Positions 8,330 through 12,155 of a DNA stretch of 12,155 nt are shown piece after piece. Source of the DNA: Candidatus Odinarchaeota archaeon (GTDB taxonomy: Archaea > Asgardarchaeota > Odinarchaeia > Odinarchaeales > Odinarchaeaceae). The notes beneath the pieces are model-generated. The model saw only the letters and a program-made list of their open reading frames with translations. It was not told the origin of the DNA and ran no database searches. Location: assembly GCA_038826135.1 (NCBI GenBank), contig JAWBON010000034.1, positions 1-12,155 on the forward strand. The letters run 5' to 3'. Each line of letters begins with the position of its first letter. Position 1 is the stretch's first letter. A program made the translations under genes and the position numbers.

Positions 8330-8974
8330 TTGTGGAGGAAGCTCATCGGAATATTATACTCCCCTACAAAAACTTTAAAACTTTTAGCTAGGATGCCTGA
8401 CAGCCGGATTCCGTGGATTAACGCATCTCTGATAATATTTTTCACGTCACTATCCTATCTAAGCTTATACTTCCACATAACTGTCACAGGCTCCGAGGGT
8501 TTTGTAACCACTTTTAACAATTATTTTCTAGCTTCTTTAATCAGTGTTTTCCTCGTAAATACGCTTCTAACCTTTACAACATGGTTTATTATTGTTTTAG
8601 TATACTGGTTGATTACTAAACGCGTAGTTGTAAGAAATTATTACAGTGACGTGTTTAAACTGGTTGTAGCGTGTTTAACCCCTCTAATATTCAGCAGAAT
8701 TATTTTAGCCGCGGGCGTTTACATTACTTTACCTAGTATTATTATATTTGAAGGCCAGAGCGCTGAGATGATAGCGGGGGAAATGGCTGTTTTATTTAAC
8801 TCTTATACCTGGATAGTTTACAAGATTATCGATGCCGGAGTCTGGTTGTGGTGCGCTTTCATCATATCAATCGGTTTTAAGGAATTCTATAAAATCAGTT
8901 TTAAAAAATCCTTGCTTATCTCATATCTTGTTATAGGATTCTACTTATTTTTAATAATGCTCCCCGTATCTTAG
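8330..8974 (+). CDS. Yip1-domain integral membrane protein
   Basis: N-terminal ILYSPTKTLK motif, about 5 hydrophobic segments, and a C-terminal W...IISIGFKEFYKISFKKS pattern typical of Yip1-domain proteins. The frame is open upstream to 8261, so the true start may be about 8273. Confidence 0.7.
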   Translation: MWRKLIGILYSPTKTLKLLARMPDSRIPWINASLIIFFTSLSYLSLYFHITVTGSEGFVTTFNNYFLASLISVFLVNTLLTFTTWFIIVLVYWLITKRVVVRNYYSDVFKLVVACLTPLIFSRIILAAGVYITLPSIIIFEGQSAEMIAGEMAVLFNSYTWIVYKIIDAGVWLWCAFIISIGFKEFYKISFKKSLLISYLVIGFYLFLIMLPVS

Positions 8975-8976
8975 TA

Positions 8977-9981
8977 TTAGATAAATTTGAATTTTAATTT
9001 AACAGGTTTCTCTAAGTCCCCGCTGATCAAATATACTATATCGTTTTCTATTATATTATATTCTTTAAACTTGAATTCCGGGTCTAGAAACCTTCCCTTA
9101 TATATCATTTTAGAATCCTTTAACCCGAATATCATGTTTAAACGGGCAGTAGCGTTTTTAACCTCCTCTAAAGGGTTTATAGCAAACTCCTCTCCTTCTA
9201 TATTATACTTGTCGCCGCATACTATGCATTCAGGGTTTCTAGAAACCTCCATATATGTGAATCGCCCGCTCTCCCCGTCATAGAAGAGGTACTCTTTCAG
9301 CAAGCTATCTTTTAAACCCATAATTATCTTTAAAGCCTCCTGGCATTGTATCCCGCTTACAACCATACATGTAGTGTTGATTATCGGGGTTGGAGTTGTT
9401 TTACCATCTGTTTTTATTCTACGCGCCCTCCCAGCGGGTGAACAGTATTGTTGAAGTCTATTTCTAGGTATGAGAGGCTGGCATTCTAAACAGGCTGTCT
9501 GGTACGGTAACACTACCTGAACATCACCCCACCATCCATATAACGCTCCGTGAATTAAAGGCTTCTTTAAAGCCACGGAGATAGAGTTTAACCATCTTCT
9601 AGTTTCAAAACTATCTAAACCGTCGAGTATTATATCCGCTTCTTCAAATATTTTTTTATCAAGTCTTCTAAGATCGCTATTATAAGCCTCTACTACGACG
9701 GAAGGGTTCAGTTTTTCAAGTTTTAATTTAGCTATATCCGATTTAAATTTACCAACATCTTCTTCACTGAATAGAATCTGTCGATTAAGGTTAGAAACTT
9801 CAACAGTGTCATAATCCACTAATATCAGTCTTCCAACACCCATAAGAGTGAAATTCATCGCTGAGAAGCATCCTAAAGAGCCTACACCTGCCACTAAGAT
9901 AGTGCTCTTCTCTAATCTTTTTTGATTCCAATTCTTTAAAATAACCTGTCTGGAGTATCTTTCAATCTTTTTCATATTCAT
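8977..9981 (-). CDS. Ubiquitin-activating enzyme E1 (ThiF/UBA fold with catalytic Cys and C-terminal ubiquitin-fold domain)
   Basis: ERYSRQ, GVGSLG, LVDYDTVEVSNLNRQ, LDGLDSFETR, Zn pairs CLEC and CIVC, and a candidate catalytic Cys in QQYCSPAG. ATG 9981 overlaps the E2 stop (TGATG), suggesting translational coupling. The ORF track starts at 10002, inside the E2 gene. Confidence 0.92.
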   Translation of the reverse strand: MNMKKIERYSRQVILKNWNQKRLEKSTILVAGVGSLGCFSAMNFTLMGVGRLILVDYDTVEVSNLNRQILFSEEDVGKFKSDIAKLKLEKLNPSVVVEAYNSDLRRLDKKIFEEADIILDGLDSFETRRWLNSISVALKKPLIHGALYGWWGDVQVVLPYQTACLECQPLIPRNRLQQYCSPAGRARRIKTDGKTTPTPIINTTCMVVSGIQCQEALKIIMGLKDSLLKEYLFYDGESGRFTYMEVSRNPECIVCGDKYNIEGEEFAINPLEEVKNATARLNMIFGLKDSKMIYKGRFLDPEFKFKEYNIIENDIVYLISGDLEKPVKLKFKFI

Positions 9982-10442
9982 CAACTTATTTTTTGATTCC
10001 ATGTAGCATATTTAGAAACATATTCTCTGACAGTTTTTTCGAATTCAGAAGGCTTCAGCATCATTTGCTCAGCGGCAACCCTGTTAAGAGGATCTTTAGG
10101 GTTTGGAAAATTTAACAGATTTCTAATTGTCTCTATTACACCGACAAGATTAATACCCGGTCTCCAATCCTTCCCTAGAATACCAACGCAAACACGACCG
10201 TCTAATCCAATATTCGGATGCCAGATAGGGGTTTTAAATAAAACTCTCGGCGGCTCAAAAGGATAGGTCCGTTTAAGCTCTATATCTATGTAAAAAACAC
10301 CGTTATCATAAATTCCTGTACCTAGTATGACCCCTCTCCACGCTGTCACATCGCCTTTAACAGAGTGGAAGGTAGGCTCCTCCAATTCTAACTGCTGGGC
10401 TTCTACAGCCAGCCTTCTATAGAACGCCTCCTCTTCTAATAT
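9981..10442 (-). CDS. Ubiquitin-conjugating enzyme E2 (UBC fold), probable non-canonical ATA start
   Basis: W.G.I, YPFEPP, WHPNI, catalytic GRVCVGIL, DWRP and PNPKDPLN. Helix 1 (FYRRLAVEAQQL) lies in frame upstream of the ORF-track TTG at 10385, so the start is placed at ATA 10442. Confidence 0.95.
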   Translation of the reverse strand: MLEEEAFYRRLAVEAQQLELEEPTFHSVKGDVTAWRGVILGTGIYDNGVFYIDIELKRTYPFEPPRVLFKTPIWHPNIGLDGRVCVGILGKDWRPGINLVGVIETIRNLLNFPNPKDPLNRVAAEQMMLKPSEFEKTVREYVSKYATWNQKIS

Positions 10443-10449
10443 TTCACTT

Positions 10450-10455
10450 ACCCCC
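10450..10455 (-). promoter_or_regulatory. Shine-Dalgarno-like site for the E2 gene
   Basis: GGGGGT (within AAGGGGGTAAG) lies 7 nt upstream of the in-frame ATA. The same 6-7 nt spacing occurs at profilin, trxB, yjbQ, RING, ubiquitin and the gene at 11099. Confidence 0.6.
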
Positions 10456-10461
10456 TTTTAA

Positions 10462-10695
10462 CTAGCCGCCCTCTGTTCTCACAATCAAATATATTTTATC
10501 CTGCTCCTCCACCCCCGCTTCTTTTAATGTTAAATGATCTGCCTGTTCACGGCCTCTAAAGGCTAACACAAATGTGTCTGCAGGCAGATTCTTAACTTGG
10601 CTTATCTTTTTCTTCAAATCAGCGAATGTAGTTTTAGACTCAACTTCGAAAACCATTTTACTTCCACCTATAGCGGAAACAACCTCGATCTTCAA
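10462..10695 (-). CDS. Ubiquitin homologue (beta-grasp fold, C-terminal diglycine)
   Basis: 77 aa, with TFADLKKKI, LAFRGR, TLKEAGV and IYLIVRTEGG-stop. It lies between the RING and E2 genes, with SD GGAGGT 6 nt before the TTG. Confidence 0.94.
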   Translation of the reverse strand: MKIEVVSAIGGSKMVFEVESKTTFADLKKKISQVKNLPADTFVLAFRGREQADHLTLKEAGVEEQDKIYLIVRTEGG

Positions 10696-10698
10696 TTT

Positions 10699-10947
10699 TT
10701 AACCTCCAGAAGTTAAATCTTTTACACTTAGCTTACGGCTACAATTAGGACAGGTACCTTTAATTTTAACCCACTCTAAAACATGTTCCCGGTGAGAGGG
10801 TACCCCGCAGTAAGGGCAGAAAACTTTTGCCTCGAACTCATCTATTTCCGAGGCGCAGACTATACATTTTAACTTATCCCACACCCAATCCCCTACTGAA
10901 ATTTTCCTTGAAATATAGAATCTACCGGGAACAGACTCTAATACCAT
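10699..10947 (-). CDS. Small RING-finger protein, putative E3 ligase
   Basis: C-x2-C-x12-C-x2-C-x4-H-x2-H-x10-C-x2-C, with the E2-contacting Trp in LEWVK and a CPNC knuckle. SD AGGAGGT lies 6 nt upstream. First gene of the ubiquitin operon. Confidence 0.85.
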   Translation of the reverse strand: MVLESVPGRFYISRKISVGDWVWDKLKCIVCASEIDEFEAKVFCPYCGVPSHREHVLEWVKIKGTCPNCSRKLSVKDLTSGG

Positions 10948-11098
10948 TAGGTAACCTCCTTAACTATATTTTAATTTTTTAAAATAAAAAGATACATTAT
11001 AAATAAGTGGGATTCAACCAGCTATAAAATAATAGGTTTAGTAATCTTTTTTACACTGGATGTGTAGAATATTATCAGATTTACGGCGGGGTTATTCT
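10948..11098. promoter_or_regulatory. AT-rich divergent promoter region between the ubiquitin operon and the coiled-coil/UEV genes
   Basis: A 151-nt non-coding gap between head-to-head genes, with several TATA-like AT tracts on both strands. Individual boxes could not be assigned with confidence. Confidence 0.5.
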
Positions 11099-11536
11099 AT
11101 GGGTTTGAAAGATAAGAGAATACCTGTTGAACTGAAGGTGATTAACACACCTAAAGGAGAGGTGCCGACGGTTGAAAGCTTTAAAAACCTTGTGAACGGT
11201 TTGAATATCCTAGACTCTGAGATTGAATCGTTGAGAGGAGAGTACCTGAAATTGATTGAAGAGGTTAGGAGAGATGTTAAATCTGTGAAGAAGCTTGTTA
11301 TGGATAATACTATTAGCCTCGAGTCTGTTAATGAAAAACTTGTGCAGCTGAATAAAACACTGAGTGAATCTTTATCGAATGAAAACGCTTCCATAAACAC
11401 TCTTAGAGATGATTTTTCAAAAGCTTTAAACGACTTGTTGAAGGCTCAGAGAAACCTTGAAGAATCATTTGTTAAATCCATTGAGAGTATTTCTAAAATT
11501 GTAGGCTTAAAATTAAGCGCTAGAAAAGAGGGGTGA
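11099..11536 (+). CDS. Hypothetical long coiled-coil protein (145 aa)
   Basis: A short N-terminal beta-hairpin-like segment (IPVELKVINTPKGEVPT) followed by about 105 aa of 3-4/3-4-4 hydrophobic periodicity. GGGGT 6 nt before ATG 11099 favours this start over ATG 11060. Confidence 0.8.
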   Translation: MGLKDKRIPVELKVINTPKGEVPTVESFKNLVNGLNILDSEIESLRGEYLKLIEEVRRDVKSVKKLVMDNTISLESVNEKLVQLNKTLSESLSNENASINTLRDDFSKALNDLLKAQRNLEESFVKSIESISKIVGLKLSARKEG

Positions 11537-11595
11537 TTATAGAAGAACTGTTTTTAACTAAGTTTCGCGCTAATACTATAATAGGTGATTAAATT

Positions 11596-12155
11596 ATGGA
11601 TAACGAGATTGTGTATAGGGAAGCTGAATTAATGTATAAGATGGCTCCAGGATTTACACCTGTTAACGGCAACTTAAAACACTGGACTGGTGAAATAAAG
11701 TTTAAGTCAGAGGACCGTGTTTCAAATTGTTTAATCGATATACTTCTGCCTGAAAACTTCCCTTCCTCACCGCCCACAGTCTCCTCTCTAACCGGTTTAA
11801 GACACTCCACTATAGATCCTGCTACAGGACGTTTTGCTCTAAAAATATTAAGAGATTGGAAACCTAAAAACCATGTTTACGAGATAGTTAACGCTATTAA
11901 AGATGAATTTTCAAGGAAAAGCCCTAAATTACTAGGCTCTCTGAAACCTATATCTAAACCATCTGCAATTCGTGAACCACCCTCATATAATAGCCTCAAA
12001 GATTTAGAGGTTAAAATAAAAGATTTAGAGGAGGAGATAGAGGGTCTTAGAAAGAATATAGCTGAAAAAAATGCGGAAATAAGTAGGCTTCAAACTGTTT
12101 TGAAAACAAAAAGTTTAAGTTCAAACCTGCCAGCAGAACAGTCTCCTTCAGATAG
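11596..12155 (+). CDS. UEV-domain, Pro/Ser linker and coiled-coil protein; Vps23/TSG101 (ESCRT-I)-like; runs off the right edge
   Basis: Hand translation from ATG 11596 (SD AGGTGAT upstream) has no stop before the edge: MDNEIVYREAELMYKMAPGFTPVNGNLKHWTGEI...IDILLPENFPSSPPTV...RHSTIDPATGRFALKILRDWKP...VYEIVNAIKDEF. This is a UBC fold with HPN replaced by HST and the catalytic Cys by Ala. It continues KPISKPSAIREPPSY and then LKDLEVKIKDLEEEIEGLRKNIAEKNAEISRLQ. Absent from the ORF track. Confidence 0.8.
   Translation, partial: MDNEIVYREAELMYKMAPGFTPVNGNLKHWTGEIKFKSEDRVSNCLIDILLPENFPSSPPTVSSLTGLRHSTIDPATGRFALKILRDWKPKNHVYEIVNAIKDEFSRKSPKLLGSLKPISKPSAIREPPSYNSLKDLEVKIKDLEEEIEGLRKNIAEKNAEISRLQTVLKTKSLSSNLPAEQSPSD

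Noticed and set aside
8987-9283. 98-aa plus-strand ORF
   Set aside because: Antisense to the E1 C-terminal region.
8977-10695. ThiF/MoeB plus ThiS/MoaD/SAMP sulfur-carrier interpretation
   Set aside because: An intact E2, a RING, an E1 with an extra catalytic Cys and UFD, and a ubiquitin-like sequence signature all point to protein ubiquitylation. No cofactor-biosynthesis genes are adjacent.
10699-10710. The RING protein also ends in GG (LTSGG), suggesting it could be conjugated like a Ubl
   Set aside because: The GGA GGT codons are the Shine-Dalgarno sequence of the downstream ubiquitin gene, and there is no beta-grasp fold. Most simply a by-product of overlap.
11092-11400. 102-aa minus-strand ORF
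   Set aside because: Ser/Leu/Phe-rich antisense mirror of the Glu/Lys-rich coiled-coil gene.
11527-11592. SD-like GAGGGGTGAT at the end of the coiled-coil gene, followed by a 17-codon ATA-initiated frame ending just before the UEV gene
   Set aside because: The SD-to-ATA spacing is too short compared with other genes, and the peptide is tiny with no support. It cannot be separated from chance.
11589-11810. 73-aa minus-strand ORF
   Set aside because: Antisense to the UEV domain, which has an SD and clear UBC-fold motifs on the plus strand.
11998-12031. 13-nt direct repeat AAAGATTTAGAGG at 21-nt spacing
   Set aside because: It encodes the repeated KDLE heptad of the coiled coil, so it is not a CRISPR or regulatory repeat.
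1-12155. tRNA, rRNA, CRISPR array, transposase, integrase or intein
   Set aside because: No cloverleaf, repeat-spacer pattern, terminal inverted repeat or such ORF was seen. The intergenic gaps are short, and gene lengths match uninterrupted family sizes.

Overview
An AT-rich, densely coding archaeal window, almost certainly from an Asgard archaeon. From memory, the profilin closely resembles the characterised Odinarchaeota profilin; this was not checked against a database. The left part is housekeeping: a KH-less beta-CASP ribonuclease on the minus strand (cut by the left edge and absent from the ORF track), divergent from an operon encoding an alkaline-phosphatase-superfamily protein, ATP-dependent DNA ligase and a thioredoxin-reductase-like flavoprotein. 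From about 4.5 kb onward the window is a dense cluster of eukaryotic-signature genes. It holds a gelsolin-domain protein convergent on profilin, then a Get3/TRC40-type ATPase followed by YjbQ, EamA and Yip1-domain genes. A complete minus-strand ubiquitylation operon (RING E3, ubiquitin, E2, E1) sits back-to-back with an orphan coiled-coil gene and a UEV/proline-linker/coiled-coil protein resembling ESCRT-I Vps23/TSG101 (cut by the right edge and absent from the ORF track). Ubiquitin-ESCRT clustering in Asgard archaea is already described. The less explained points are the orphan coiled-coil gene, the adjacent actin-regulator and Get3/Yip1 modules, an apparent ATA start codon for the E2, a ubiquitin lacking K48/K63/I44 equivalents, and a TrxR lacking NADPH-binding motifs. 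No tRNA, rRNA, CRISPR array or mobile element was seen.
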